DNA of 64,000 nucleotides from an uncultured Actinomycetota bacterium (GTDB lineage Bacteria; Actinomycetota; Actinomycetes; Mycobacteriales; Mycobacteriaceae): NCBI GenBank assembly GCA_963708995.1, contig CAVPUR010000011.1, positions 15,682 to 79,681 of the forward strand, read 5' to 3'. Shown piece by piece: positions 37,716 to 48,151 of this stretch (position 1 is its first letter; each line of letters starts with the position of its first letter). The notes under the pieces were generated by a model. It saw only the letters and a program-made list of their open reading frames with translations, ran no database searches and was not told where the DNA came from. The position numbers and the translations under genes were made by a program.

Positions 37716-38940
37716 TACGTGGGTGACTATCGCGTTCCCAAGGGGTGGCCTCCTTCACAACCTCTACCGCAAGGCTGTCCCAGGGAATGTGCGGCGACGG
37801 GTTTTGGAAGTGCAAATGTTTCGGCAACGTCTCGTGCTCGAGCGACAGGATTACCTTGATCACGCCGGCGATCCCCGCGGCGGCTTCCAGATGCCCGATG
37901 TTCGTCTTCACCGAGCCGATCAACAGCGGCCGGCTTGCCTCGCGCCCGACTCCGAGCACCGCGCCCGCGGCCTGGGCCTCGATCGGATCGCCCAGGGATG
38001 TCCCGGTACCGTGTGCCTCCAGGTATCCGACGTCGCTGGGGGCGACGCCGGCGCGCTCCAGCGCCTGGGCGATAACCCGTTCCTGCGCAATGCCGTTCGG
38101 CACTGTCAAGCCGCCCGATGCGCCGTCCTGGTTGACCGCGCTGCCCCGGATCACCGCCCGAATCCGGTCGCCGTCTCGGATCGCGTCCTCGAGCCGCTTG
38201 ACGACGATGACGCCGCAACCCTCGCCGCGCACGTAGCCGTCCGCGGCCGCATCGAATGTCTTGCACCGGCCGTCGGGCGCGAGCATGTGCGCCTGGGAAA
38301 AGGTGATCATGGTCGCCGGGGTGAGCAGTACATTCGCGCCGCCGGCCAGCGCGAGGTCACATTCCCCTAAGCGCAGCGCTTGGCAAGCCTGATGGATTGC
38401 CACCAATGACGAGCTGCACGCCGTGTCGACGGCGACCGCCGGGCCCTGAAGCCCCAACCGATAGCTGATCCGACCCGCCGCTGCGGCCGACGACGTCCCG
38501 ATCGCCGTGTAGGCTTCGATCTCGGCGTAAGTCAGCTCGTCGGATGCCATTCCCAGGTAGTCATGGGTGGACAAACCGATGAACACACCGGTGTTGGTGT
38601 TCGCCAAAGCCGTTGGCGCGGTGCCCGAATGCTCCACCGCCCGCCACGCCGTCTCCAGCAAGATCCGATGCTGCGGGTCCAGCCGGCTGACTTCGCGTGC
38701 CGACATACCGAAAAACGGTGCGTCGAAACCCGTTACGTCATCGACGAAACCCGCCCGACGGGTCACAATCTTGCCAGGCGCATCGGGATCTGGGTCGAAG
38801 AATTCGTCGGCATTCCACCGGTCCTGGGGCACCTCCGATACGGCATCCCGGCCTTCGCGCAGCACCCGCCAGAATTCGTCCGCATCGGCCGCACCCGGAA
38901 GGCGCACTGCGTAGCCGACTATCGCAAAACCCGATGCCCC
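36285..38940 (-). repeat. KS-AT didomain copy A (module 1), paralogous to 31570..34265
   Basis: The AT cores match closely at nucleotide level, e.g. 37021..37130 vs 32311..32420 (GCCGAC GCTGTGCCCC AGCACCACGT CGGG...). The KS domains are roughly two-thirds identical at protein level by eye. Confidence 0.7.
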
Positions 38941-38967
38941 CTGCATCGGATCTTCGACGGATGCCAT
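37636..38967 (-). CDS. PKS fragment 1: module-1 ketosynthase
   Basis: 443 aa with DTACSSS, EAHGTGT and NIGHLE catalytic motifs. It ends ...GTNAHVILEEAPAGSR*, inside the KS-AT linker. Confidence 0.9.
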   Translation of the reverse strand: MASVEDPMQGASGFAIVGYAVRLPGAADADEFWRVLREGRDAVSEVPQDRWNADEFFDPDPDAPGKIVTRRAGFVDDVTGFDAPFFGMSAREVSRLDPQHRILLETAWRAVEHSGTAPTALANTNTGVFIGLSTHDYLGMASDELTYAEIEAYTAIGTSSAAAAGRISYRLGLQGPAVAVDTACSSSLVAIHQACQALRLGECDLALAGGANVLLTPATMITFSQAHMLAPDGRCKTFDAAADGYVRGEGCGVIVVKRLEDAIRDGDRIRAVIRGSAVNQDGASGGLTVPNGIAQERVIAQALERAGVAPSDVGYLEAHGTGTSLGDPIEAQAAGAVLGVGREASRPLLIGSVKTNIGHLEAAAGIAGVIKVILSLEHETLPKHLHFQNPSPHIPWDSLAVEVVKEATPWERDSHPRIAGVSSFGFAGTNAHVILEEAPAGSR

Positions 38968-39337
38968 GCGGTTGTCCTCTCTACCTTGGCCGACGGAGAT
39001 TCGATGCCTTGCAGCCCGCGCGACGCCCGGGCCGTGGTCGCTAAGAACTACGTCCTAGGCCGCTCAGTGCACACACCCCAGACCAGACCTGGCGGAACTC
39101 CCCCGGTGTACTACCTCCATCGACCGCCGTGGGGAATGTTACATCTCGGCCCGGTTGCGCAGCCGAACCATTCTCCAATGGCAAGTATGACAAGTATGGG
39201 GGCTTCGCGGTGCCGCGTCACGCGACGACCGCCCGCCGAGCCCGTGAGCAGCAGTGGAGCCCGTATCCGCACAGGTCGGCGCCAGTGCTGGCCGCACGGG
39301 TTATCTTGGTCGCTAGTAGCGCGGCCGAACTGCAGCC

Positions 39338-40780
39338 GTGAACACTGGGGAGAAAATTTTGCGCATCGGGAAAATTACGATCGGCTCACTCGGTGAGTGG
39401 ACCCCGACCCCAGGATCAGTCATCTCCTGGCACCCGACGGCCGCGGCTCAGGAAAAGGCTGGACAAGCGCCAGCCAGTTCTGTGCCGGTCAGCTACATGC
39501 AGGGCCAACATCTTCGTAACTATCACGAACGGACAGCCGCGGGGCTGGGCTTTTCGCGGCAAATCATCGCTGCCTGCGAAGTACCCGGCCAGTGCGATAT
39601 TTCCGCCATGAATCACGCCGTCAACGCATATCTGCGTCGGCACGACACATTCCACAGTCGGTTCGAGCACACCGGTAATGGAGAGCTCAGAAAGCATACC
39701 GTCAGCGATCCTGCTGATATTGAATTCGCGCCGATCGATCATGGCAAAATGACGGCTGACGGAATACGCGCTCATGTCGTGGCCATACCGAATCCGCTGG
39801 AGTGGGGCTGCTTCACCTTCGGGATTGTTCAAAGCGAGAGTAATTTCACTTTCTTTGCCGCCATGGATCATGTCCACGGGGACGCGACGTTGATTGGCAC
39901 GACGATGCTTGAGGCCAACGGAATGTACGCGGCGTTGAGCGCAGGTGGTGAACCCCTTGCGCTTCCCGATGCCGGCAGCTTTGACGATTTCTGCGCCCGC
40001 GAGCGCCAGTACACGTCAACGTTAACCATAGATTCGCCTCAGGTGCGCGCGTGGATTGACTTCGCCGAGAACAACAATGGCGGCTTTCCTGAATTTCCAC
40101 TCCCACTGGGTGACCCGTCGGAGCCGAGTGCCAGCGACATGGTCTCCGAATTCCTGATGGACACAGCACAGACGGAACGGTTCGAATCAGCCTGCACAGC
40201 GGTCGGCGCGCGCTTCATCGGCGGCTTGTTCGCGTGCATCGCCCTGGTTGAGCATGAGTTTACGGGTGCTCTCACTTATTACGGCCTAACTCCCAGGGAT
40301 ACACGCAGAACTTCGGATAATTTTATGACGCAGGGTTGGTTTACCGGCTTAGTCCCGATCACCGTGCCAATAGCCGCTGCTTCTTTCGCCGATGCCGCGT
40401 GGGCAGCGCAGGCTTCCTTCGATTCAGGTCAGCACTTGGCGAAGGTGCCGTATTACCGCGTATTGGAATTGGCGCCGTGGTTGAGCTGGCCGCAGCCAAA
40501 CTTTCCGGTGTCTAACTTCTTCCATGGCGGCGCTGCTCCCCTCAATGCTGTTCTTGCAGCAGCCGACCTGGGTTACGCGGACAACATAGGAATCTACTCG
40601 GACGGCCGGTATTCGTATCAGCTGACCATCTATGTGTTTCGGTACGGAGAGGGCACGGCAATGGCGATCATGTTTCCCGACAATCCGGTCGCCCAGAAAT
40701 CAGTTGTCCGCTATGTGGAAGCGATGAGGTCCGTGTGCGGGCGGGTCGCCGACAGCGGGCATTGGGGACGCGTTGCGTAG
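39338..40780 (+). CDS. papA: PapA-family polyketide-associated acyltransferase (condensation-domain fold)
   Basis: The N-terminus ...RIGKITIGSLGEWTPTPGSVISWHP...SYMQGQHLRNY resembles PapA1/2/3. HxxxD catalytic motif in AAMDHVHGDA. Alternative start TTG at 39359, 6 nt after GGGGAG. Confidence 0.85.
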   Translation: MNTGEKILRIGKITIGSLGEWTPTPGSVISWHPTAAAQEKAGQAPASSVPVSYMQGQHLRNYHERTAAGLGFSRQIIAACEVPGQCDISAMNHAVNAYLRRHDTFHSRFEHTGNGELRKHTVSDPADIEFAPIDHGKMTADGIRAHVVAIPNPLEWGCFTFGIVQSESNFTFFAAMDHVHGDATLIGTTMLEANGMYAALSAGGEPLALPDAGSFDDFCARERQYTSTLTIDSPQVRAWIDFAENNNGGFPEFPLPLGDPSEPSASDMVSEFLMDTAQTERFESACTAVGARFIGGLFACIALVEHEFTGALTYYGLTPRDTRRTSDNFMTQGWFTGLVPITVPIAAASFADAAWAAQASFDSGQHLAKVPYYRVLELAPWLSWPQPNFPVSNFFHGGAAPLNAVLAAADLGYADNIGIYSDGRYSYQLTIYVFRYGEGTAMAIMFPDNPVAQKSVVRYVEAMRSVCGRVADSGHWGRVA

Positions 40781-40852
40781 CGCCGTGCAATTCGATGGCT
40801 CTCAGCTGGCTGGGAGCGCGAAATTGGGCGGTATGACAGGGCCTGGGCGAGT

Positions 40853-43849
40853 ATGGGTGAGGGCGATATGCGACGGCTAGCCGATTTTGTGGTGCGGTGG
40901 CCCTGGGTAGTAATAGGGCTGTGGGTTGCGATCGCGGTCGCCCTTCCAGTGACATTCCCGTCGCTGGGCGAGATGGCCCAGAAGCATCCACTCGCTATCT
41001 TGCCCAGCGATGCACCGTCGAGCGTCACCGCGCGAAAGATGACCGAGGCATTTCACGAATCGGGTTCGGAAAACCTCCTTTTGGTGGTCCTGACCGACGA
41101 CAAGGGGCTTGGCCCCGCAGACGAAGCCGTGTACAGCAAACTCGTGGACGCCCTGCGCAGGGACACGCGAGATGTCTTGATGTTGCAGGATTTCGTTAGC
41201 ACGCCACCGCTGCGTTCGGCCGTGACCAGCAAGGACAACAAAGCTTGGGTGCTGCCGGTCGGCGTTGCGGGCGAGTTGGGCACTCCACGTACTTACGCCG
41301 CTTTCAACCACATCAGCGACATCGTCAAACAAGCTGTCGCCGGAACGCCCCTGACGGCAAACCTCACCGGACCCGCAGCAACCGTCGCCGACCTCACGGT
41401 CGCGGGCGAACGAGATCGGCTTCCGATCGAACTGGCGATCGCCGTTCTGGTGCTCATCGTCCTGCTGGTGGTCTACCGCAGCGCGGTCACCATGCTGCTG
41501 CCGTTGATTTCGATCGGGTTGTCCCTGGTGATCGCACAGGCGGTGGTGGCGGGCTACTCACAGGTGACCGGCTCGGGCGTCTCGAACCAGTCCATCGTAT
41601 TTCTGAGCGCAATCATGGCCGGTGCCGGAACGGATTACGCAGTCTTTCTCATCAGCCGCTATCACGACTATCTGCGATCAGGTGCGGATTTCGATCAGGC
41701 GGTCAAGCAGGCAATGACCTCGATCGGGAAAGTGATCACGGCGTCCGCCACCACCGTGGGGATCACTTTTCTCCTCATCAGCTTCTCCCGAATGGGCGTT
41801 TTCAAAACGGTCGGAGTGTCCTCGGCCATTGGGATCGGCGTGGCATTCCTCGCCGCAGTGACTTTGCTGCCGGCAATTCTGGTGCTCGCCGGGCCACGCG
41901 GCTGGATCAAGCCACGGCGCGAACTGACCGCCCGGTTCTGGCGGCGTTCCGGCATCCGCATTGTGCGCAGGCCGAGGGCACATCTGATTGCCAGTGTGCT
42001 CGTGTTGATCATCCTGGCCAGCTGTGCCGGCTTGGTGCGCTATAACTACGACGATCGCAAGGCCCTGCGGTCATCCGCTCCGAGCTCAATCGGATATGCC
42101 GCGCTGGATCGCCATTTCCCGGTGAATCAGTCCATTCCGGAGTACATCCTCATCCAATCGCCGCATGACCTTCGCACGCCGCACGCCCTGGCAGATTTGG
42201 AGCAGATGGCGGACCGAGTCAGCCAATTGCCCAATATCGCCGTCGTCAGCGGCATCACTCGTCCCACCGGAAACGTGCCAGAGCAATTCAGAGCCACCTA
42301 TCAGGCCGGCGCGGTCGGCACCATTCTGGCCAACGGGTCCACCCTGATCAACGACCACACCGGTGACCTCAACCGGCTGGCCGAAGGGGCCGGCAAGCTG
42401 GCCGACAACCTCGGCGACGTGCGCGGCCAAGTCGGCCTGCTCGCCACCAGCATCCAGGGCTTGATCGACGCCTTCTCATCGATGAAGACCCAGTACGGTG
42501 GCGACACGCTGGTCACCGAGGTCGACATCGCCGCCAAGCTCGTCGACCACGTAAACTCGCTCGGCAATTCCATGGGCTGGAATTTTTCGGCCGTCAAGGA
42601 CATGTTCGGCTGGATCGGCCCGGTGCTGGCGGCGCTGCAAGGCAATCCGGTCTGCGATGCCGATGAGTCCTGCAGCGCTACCCGCGGGCAGTTTCAGCGA
42701 CTGGTCGGTGCGCGCGATCAAGGGGACCTCGACGCGATCAACGATCTGATTCGACAGCTGCAGACCTTCCCCGACAGACAGACCCTGAACGCATCGATAG
42801 TCCGACTGCGCGCTGCATTCGCAAACGTCGCCAAGGTGATGCATTCCATGGGGATGGACAAACCCGGTGGCCTGCAGGCGAACCTGGACGGCCTCCAGGA
42901 TCGCGCCGGCCGATTCGCCGGTGGGAGCCGGCAGGTGGCCGACGCGGTGGCTCAACTCGTCGAGCAAGTCAAACAGCTAGGGGCCGGGCTCAGTGAGTCA
43001 GCGGCGTTTCTGCTGTCGCTGAAACACGACGCGTCTCAACCGGCAATGGCCGGGTTCAATATCCCGTCCCAGCTGCTGCATTTAGAGGAGTTCCAGAAGG
43101 CCGCCAAGGTATTCATTTCGCCCGACGGGCACTCGGTGCGGTACTTGGTTCAAACCAAACTCAATCCGTTCAGCGCCGAAGCCATGGATCAGGTCAACGC
43201 GATCACTGCGACCGCTCGGGGAGCCCAACCGAATACGGCATTGTCGGACGCCTCGATATCGATGGCGGGATACACCGTTAGCCTGAAAGACACGCGCGAC
43301 TACTACCAACACGACATCCGGTTCATCATCGCGGTAACACTCGTCGTCGTGCTACTGACCTTGATCGCGCTGCTACGCGCGATTGTCGCGCCGCTGTATC
43401 TGGTTGCTTCCGTGGTCATTTCGTATTTGTCGGCAGTGGGTATCGGCGTGCTGTTTTTTCAAGTCATACTCGGCCAGCAATTACATTGGAGCGTCCCCCC
43501 GCTGGCATTCGTGGTGCTGGTCGCGGTGGGAGCCGACTACAACATGCTGCTCGTTTCGCGCATGCGTGACGAGTCTCCGCACAGCATGCGTTACGGCATC
43601 ATTCGCACCCTGAGTTCGACGGGCGGTGTGATCACCGCGGCGGGTCTGATCTTCGCCGCCTCGATGTGCGGTCTCTTGTTTTCCAGCGTCGGCACCGTGA
43701 TCCAAGGCGGTTTCGTGATCGGTGTGGGAATTCTGTTGGATACCTTCTTGGTACGCACCATCACGGTTCCCGCCGTCGCTGCGCTGGTCGGGCGGGCGAA
43801 CTGGTGGCCGTCCCGGATGAGCCGCAACCGGGTTAGCGCGCGCACATGA
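40853..43849 (+). CDS. mmpL: MmpL-family RND lipid transporter
   Basis: 998 aa with 12-TM RND topology. N-terminus [23 protein letters not shown]. Conserved GTDYAVFL and [15 protein letters not shown] motifs. Confidence 0.9.
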   Translation: MGEGDMRRLADFVVRWPWVVIGLWVAIAVALPVTFPSLGEMAQKHPLAILPSDAPSSVTARKMTEAFHESGSENLLLVVLTDDKGLGPADEAVYSKLVDALRRDTRDVLMLQDFVSTPPLRSAVTSKDNKAWVLPVGVAGELGTPRTYAAFNHISDIVKQAVAGTPLTANLTGPAATVADLTVAGERDRLPIELAIAVLVLIVLLVVYRSAVTMLLPLISIGLSLVIAQAVVAGYSQVTGSGVSNQSIVFLSAIMAGAGTDYAVFLISRYHDYLRSGADFDQAVKQAMTSIGKVITASATTVGITFLLISFSRMGVFKTVGVSSAIGIGVAFLAAVTLLPAILVLAGPRGWIKPRRELTARFWRRSGIRIVRRPRAHLIASVLVLIILASCAGLVRYNYDDRKALRSSAPSSIGYAALDRHFPVNQSIPEYILIQSPHDLRTPHALADLEQMADRVSQLPNIAVVSGITRPTGNVPEQFRATYQAGAVGTILANGSTLINDHTGDLNRLAEGAGKLADNLGDVRGQVGLLATSIQGLIDAFSSMKTQYGGDTLVTEVDIAAKLVDHVNSLGNSMGWNFSAVKDMFGWIGPVLAALQGNPVCDADESCSATRGQFQRLVGARDQGDLDAINDLIRQLQTFPDRQTLNASIVRLRAAFANVAKVMHSMGMDKPGGLQANLDGLQDRAGRFAGGSRQVADAVAQLVEQVKQLGAGLSESAAFLLSLKHDASQPAMAGFNIPSQLLHLEEFQKAAKVFISPDGHSVRYLVQTKLNPFSAEAMDQVNAITATARGAQPNTALSDASISMAGYTVSLKDTRDYYQHDIRFIIAVTLVVVLLTLIALLRAIVAPLYLVASVVISYLSAVGIGVLFFQVILGQQLHWSVPPLAFVVLVAVGADYNMLLVSRMRDESPHSMRYGIIRTLSSTGGVITAAGLIFAASMCGLLFSSVGTVIQGGFVIGVGILLDTFLVRTITVPAVAALVGRANWWPSRMSRNRVSART

Positions 43850-43889
43850 TGTATGTGAAACTAGAGAAGCCGAGCGGTCAGGAGTAGGA

Positions 43890-45002
43890 ATGAAGAAACT
43901 ACTCGCAGGAGTTACGACGCTGGTAACTGTCAGCGCCACAGGATGTTTCGGCATCGGGACGGTGTCAGCCGACGACACGCCGGCCCCCGGGACGCCGGGT
44001 CCAGGGCTGTCAACCGACGGAACGGCGTACGCGCTCGGCGGCGCTCACGTTCTGGGTATTCCCTATGACGAGTACATCCGCCGCGAAGGCGCTGAGTGGT
44101 TCCCGGGCCTGCAGCGACTGAACATTCCCTACCCGGCAGGGCAGGTTCAGGGCCACACGCTGGAACGACTCTTCCCAGGCATCGGCCAGCTCGATGAAAC
44201 CCTCCCGGGCGCGGGTTTCGACGGTCCCAGCGTCGGCGAGTCGATCGAAGAGGGAGCGGACAACCTCGATGCGGCGATCCGCAAGGGTGGTCGCGGTGTC
44301 GCGATCGGCCTATCCGAGGGTTGCCTCGCGCTGGATGCCGAGCAGGCACGGCTCGCGAACGATCCCACGGCACCACCGCGAGACCAGCTGAGCTTCGCCA
44401 CATTTGGCGACCCCATTGCGCGTACCCCCTGGGGTCAGAGTTTCCTGACCGCCATGTTCCCGGTGGGCGGCGTGGCTCCAATACTCGACTACCGCATACC
44501 ACCTCCGGTCGAAAGCCAATACGACACCAGGGTTTTCGTCTCCGCCTACGACTCGATCGCCGACTTCCCCGACCGGCCGGATAACCTGTTCGCCTTCGGT
44601 AACGCGCTCATGGGCCTCGCCACCGGTCACACCGCGGTGGCATTCACCAGCCCGAGCCAGGTGCCGCCGCAGAACATCAGAACCACGGTCAACTCCAAGG
44701 GTGCGACAACGACGACGTATTTGATCCCCGAAAAACACCTTCCGCTCGTGATGCCGTTGACGTACATCGGGATCCCGGAGGACACGCTGAATAAGCTCGA
44801 CGCGATCTTGGAGCCCCGGGTGAATGCGGGCTATGCGCGAAACGACGACCCGTCGACCGCTCCGATCCAAGTGGACCCGGTGCACGGCTTCGACCCCTTG
44901 GCTATCACCACGCCGGCCAACGAGGCGACTTTCGGCGGCGGCGATCCCATTTCGCAAATGCTTAACAGTGTCGGGGCCGCGTTTTCGCACCCCGCAAACT
45001 GA
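43890..45002 (+). CDS. PE-PPE-domain serine hydrolase/acyltransferase (Chp1/Chp2/PE-type), probable lipoprotein
   Basis: 370 aa. Signal peptide with lipobox-like SATGC. GLSEG nucleophile elbow, [11 protein letters not shown] and ATGHT, which fit the Ser-Asp-His triad of the PE-PPE (PF08237-type) domain. Confidence 0.8.
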   Translation: MKKLLAGVTTLVTVSATGCFGIGTVSADDTPAPGTPGPGLSTDGTAYALGGAHVLGIPYDEYIRREGAEWFPGLQRLNIPYPAGQVQGHTLERLFPGIGQLDETLPGAGFDGPSVGESIEEGADNLDAAIRKGGRGVAIGLSEGCLALDAEQARLANDPTAPPRDQLSFATFGDPIARTPWGQSFLTAMFPVGGVAPILDYRIPPPVESQYDTRVFVSAYDSIADFPDRPDNLFAFGNALMGLATGHTAVAFTSPSQVPPQNIRTTVNSKGATTTTYLIPEKHLPLVMPLTYIGIPEDTLNKLDAILEPRVNAGYARNDDPSTAPIQVDPVHGFDPLAITTPANEATFGGGDPISQMLNSVGAAFSHPAN

Positions 45003-45059
45003 CAATCGACTCCGAGCCAACGGATTCAAAGATATTCAAAGAGCTAGTACGGACGTAAT

Positions 45060-46808
45060 GTGACCAACACGCCTCAGTCATCCATTCTCTCGATGCTGCA
45101 TGGACGCGCCAGCCTGCGGCCTGATGACGTAGCGTTCACTTTTACCGATTACGTCGACGACTGGGCGGGCGTTTCCGAAAGTCTCACGTGGTCGCAATTA
45201 TCCCGCCGAACATTAAATGTGGCACGCGAGCTCAGCCGGCATGGGTCGGTCGGAGACCGAGCAGTCATCCTGGCTCCCCAGAGCCTCGATTACGTTCTGG
45301 CTTTCCTGGGATCCCTGCAGGCTGGGCTGATCGCGGTTCCGCTGCCGTTGCCGCACCGCGGCTCGAGTGACGACCGGGTGAACGCGGTGCTTGCCGATAC
45401 GTCGCCCGCAGTCGTTCTCACTACGTCAGCGGCCGCGGAAGACATCGCCAAATACGTTGACCAAGCACACCTCGACACTGTTCCGAAGATCCTCGAAATC
45501 GATTCGTTCAATCTGGACGCCGATGGCGCGCCACAGGTTCGGACGGCTGATTTGCCCAACGTCGCGTATTTGCAGTACAGCTCTGGTTCGACCCGACTGC
45601 CGACCGGGGTCAAGATCTCGCACCAGAACCTTCAGATGAATTTCGAGCAGCTGATGCGCGGCTACTTCGCGGACACCCCCGTCAAGGTTCGAGCGAGTAC
45701 CACGTTTGTGTCGTGGTTGCCTTTTTACCATGACATGGGTTTGGTGCTGGGAGTCTGCGCACCAATCCTGAGCGGCCATCGTGTCGAGCTGAGCAGTCCG
45801 ATTGCGTTTCTGGAAAGGCCAGCCAGATGGATGCGATCCCTGGCCGCAACTCCGCACACATTTTCAGCCGCGCCAAATTTCGCCTTTGACTTGGCCGCGC
45901 GCAAGACAACCGACAGCGACCTGGCCGGGCTCGACCTCGGGGGGGTGCTAGGCATCATCAACGGTGCCGAACGTGTCGAGCCGGCCTCCTTGAGACGCTT
46001 CGTTGATCGGTTCGCTCACTTCAATTTCCGCGACACTATGGTGCGTCCGTCCTATGGGTTGGCGGAGGCAACCGTCTTCGTGGCGACCGGCACCTGGAAC
46101 GAATCAGCGGAGGCGGCTCGCTTCGATCTCGTGGAGCTGGCCGCGGGCCGAGTTCAGCGGTCTTCGGCAGGGACTGGCACAGAGCTGGTCAAATACAAAG
46201 TGCCGCAATCGCCCACGCTGCGGATCGTCGACTCCGACACCAACCGCGAGTGCCCGCACGGCTTAGTCGGCGAGATCTGGGTACATGGCCCCAATGTCGC
46301 CGACGGCTACTGGCGCAAACCGCCCGAGGAGCAGCGCTGCTTCGGCGCAACACTCGTCACCCCTTCCCAGGGCACGCCCGACGGGCCTTGGCTGAGAACC
46401 GGCGACCTGGGTTTCATCTACGAGGATGAGCTGTTCATCGTCGGTCGCATCAAGGATCTGCTGATCATCCGAGGGAGTAATCACTATCCCGAGGACATCG
46501 AGACCACGGTCCAGGGGATCACCGGCGGTCGGGTCGCGGCGATATCGGTTCCGGTGAACAGCACGGAGAAACTCGTCACCGTCATCGAGCTCAAGAAGCG
46601 CGGCGATTCCACCGAGGAGGCGATGCGGTGGCTCAGCGGGGTCAAAAGCGACGTCACCTCGGCGATATCCAATGCCCACGGCCTGACCGTTGAGGACCTC
46701 GTTCTGGTATCGCCCGGATCGATCCCCACCACGACGAGCGGCAAGATCCGGCGCGCCGAATGTGTCGAGCAGTACCGCCTGGACCAATTCACTCGGTTGG
46801 ACGCCTGA
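45060..46808 (+). CDS. fadD: Fatty acyl-AMP ligase (FAAL-type FadD)
   Basis: 582 aa, GTG start. [18 protein letters not shown]...[40 protein letters not shown] and [13 protein letters not shown] are typical of FadD21/23/26/32-type FAALs. Confidence 0.9.
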   Translation: MTNTPQSSILSMLHGRASLRPDDVAFTFTDYVDDWAGVSESLTWSQLSRRTLNVARELSRHGSVGDRAVILAPQSLDYVLAFLGSLQAGLIAVPLPLPHRGSSDDRVNAVLADTSPAVVLTTSAAAEDIAKYVDQAHLDTVPKILEIDSFNLDADGAPQVRTADLPNVAYLQYSSGSTRLPTGVKISHQNLQMNFEQLMRGYFADTPVKVRASTTFVSWLPFYHDMGLVLGVCAPILSGHRVELSSPIAFLERPARWMRSLAATPHTFSAAPNFAFDLAARKTTDSDLAGLDLGGVLGIINGAERVEPASLRRFVDRFAHFNFRDTMVRPSYGLAEATVFVATGTWNESAEAARFDLVELAAGRVQRSSAGTGTELVKYKVPQSPTLRIVDSDTNRECPHGLVGEIWVHGPNVADGYWRKPPEEQRCFGATLVTPSQGTPDGPWLRTGDLGFIYEDELFIVGRIKDLLIIRGSNHYPEDIETTVQGITGGRVAAISVPVNSTEKLVTVIELKKRGDSTEEAMRWLSGVKSDVTSAISNAHGLTVEDLVLVSPGSIPTTTSGKIRRAECVEQYRLDQFTRLDA

Positions 46809-46923
46809 AGTAGCAGCGTCAAGCGAATTGCCGATCGCTTTCGAATATTGGGACGCCCGGCTCGCGTGCACCTGGGCCTGGTTGCACATAATGAGTCCAA
46901 TCGCACCGGCAAAGGAGCCCCCG

Positions 46924-47982
46924 ATGAGCACAGCCAGCACCGACCGCCCGCTGCGGGTGATCCAGTGGACGACCGGCAACATCGGGCGACGATCGTTGCA
47001 CGCCATCATCGGCCGGCCCGACATGGAGCTGGTCGGGGTGTACGCGCACGGCGCGGACAAGGTCGGCGTCGACGCCGCCGACCTATCCGGCTGGCCGGAG
47101 CCGACGGGTGTGCACGCGACCAACGACATCGACGCGCTGCTTGCGCTACAACCCGATGCGTGTTGTTACAACCCGTTGTGGCCCAACATCGACGAATTGG
47201 TCCGCCTGCTGGAATCGGGCGTCAATGTGTGTTCCAGCGCGGCCTGGATCACCGGCGGCAAGCAGACCCCGCAGGACCGGCAACGCATCGAGGACGCGTG
47301 CAAGCGCGGCAGCTCGACGATCTTCGGCAGCGGCGCACATCCCGGGATGACGAACATGGTCGGCATGGTGCTGAGCGCGTCCTGCGAGCGGGTCGACGAG
47401 ATCCGGATCACCGAGTCGGTCGACTGCTCGACCTACGAATCGGCGGAAACCCAAACGGCGATGGGGTTTTCGCAACACCCCGACACCCCGGGACTGGCCG
47501 AGAGCGTGCGCCGGGAAAGTGAGGTCTTCGCGGAGTCAGCCGCGATGATGGCCGATGCGATCGGGGCGAAGCTGGACAAGATGACCTTCGACGTCACCTT
47601 CACCGCGGCCACCGGCGACTCCGACCTGGGTTTCATGACCATCCCGGCCGGCACCATCGGCGGCGTCTACGGCTACCACCGCGGCTGGGTGGGTGATCGC
47701 AACGTCGTCAGCGTCGGGTTCAACTGGACCATGGGCAGTCACGTGGCCCCACCCAAACCGCTCGAGCACGGTCACGTCATCCAGGTCTTCGGGCTGCCCA
47801 ACATGCGCACCGTGCTGCACTGCCTGCCGCCGAAGGATTGGACGGAGCCCGGCTTCATGGGCCTGGGCATGATCTACACCGCGATGCCGGTCACCAACGC
47901 GGTCCCGGCGGTGGTGGGCGCCGAACCAGGGATCGTGACGCTCGCCGACCTGCCGCCGGTAACCGGCCGGATGGCGCGCTGA
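46924..47982 (+). CDS. NAD(P)-dependent oxidoreductase, DapB-like/amine-dehydrogenase family
   Basis: ATG at 46924 lies 7 nt after AAGGAG. The N-terminal Rossmann-like segment is RVIQWTTGNIGRRSLHAII. 352 aa. The track ORF starts further upstream inside fadD. Confidence 0.75.
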   Translation: MSTASTDRPLRVIQWTTGNIGRRSLHAIIGRPDMELVGVYAHGADKVGVDAADLSGWPEPTGVHATNDIDALLALQPDACCYNPLWPNIDELVRLLESGVNVCSSAAWITGGKQTPQDRQRIEDACKRGSSTIFGSGAHPGMTNMVGMVLSASCERVDEIRITESVDCSTYESAETQTAMGFSQHPDTPGLAESVRRESEVFAESAAMMADAIGAKLDKMTFDVTFTAATGDSDLGFMTIPAGTIGGVYGYHRGWVGDRNVVSVGFNWTMGSHVAPPKPLEHGHVIQVFGLPNMRTVLHCLPPKDWTEPGFMGLGMIYTAMPVTNAVPAVVGAEPGIVTLADLPPVTGRMAR

Positions 47983-48014
47983 CGTGTGCGGTTCACCACA
48001 TCGAGAGCACCCGG

Positions 48015-48033
48015 GAGGAACGCTTGCGTCCTC
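48015..48033 (+). terminator. Possible stem-loop downstream of the oxidoreductase gene
   Basis: GAGGAACGCTTGCGTCCTC forms a 5+2 bp stem with one bulge, about 30 nt after the stop. There is no U-tract. Confidence 0.2.
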
Positions 48034-48151
48034 TAAGGTCTAAGATACTTAGCCGAACAAAGGTTCCGTTCCGTCGACCCGGGCGATGACGCAGGAAGCA
48101 AGCTTTGCGGTGGCGCGTTGCAACCCAGGATCGGTGCGCGAAGGGCGGTGA

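Larger units (their letters stand above)
27874..38967 (-). pseudogene. pks: Bimodular type I polyketide synthase (KS-AT-KR-ACP-KS-AT-DH-ER-KR-ACP, ~3698 codons) interrupted by three frameshifts
   Basis: Four abutting ORF fragments join seamlessly at protein level. Approximate domains: KS1 37690..38940; AT1 36285..37328; KR1 34840..36050; ACP1 34360..34560; KS2 32982..34265; AT2 31570..32630; DH 30600..31500; ER 29020..29900; KR2 28445..28990; ACP2 27985..28200. The 11094 nt span is exactly divisible by 3. Confidence 0.85.

Noticed and set aside
37636-38967. Whether the KS fragment is a genuine stand-alone ketosynthase, making this a naturally split PKS
   Set aside because: The break falls inside the conserved KS-AT linker. 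The next fragment has no plausible start codon or Shine-Dalgarno at the point where homology resumes. The same pattern recurs twice more inside the DH domain and the DH-ER linker. Frameshifts (real or artefactual) explain this better.
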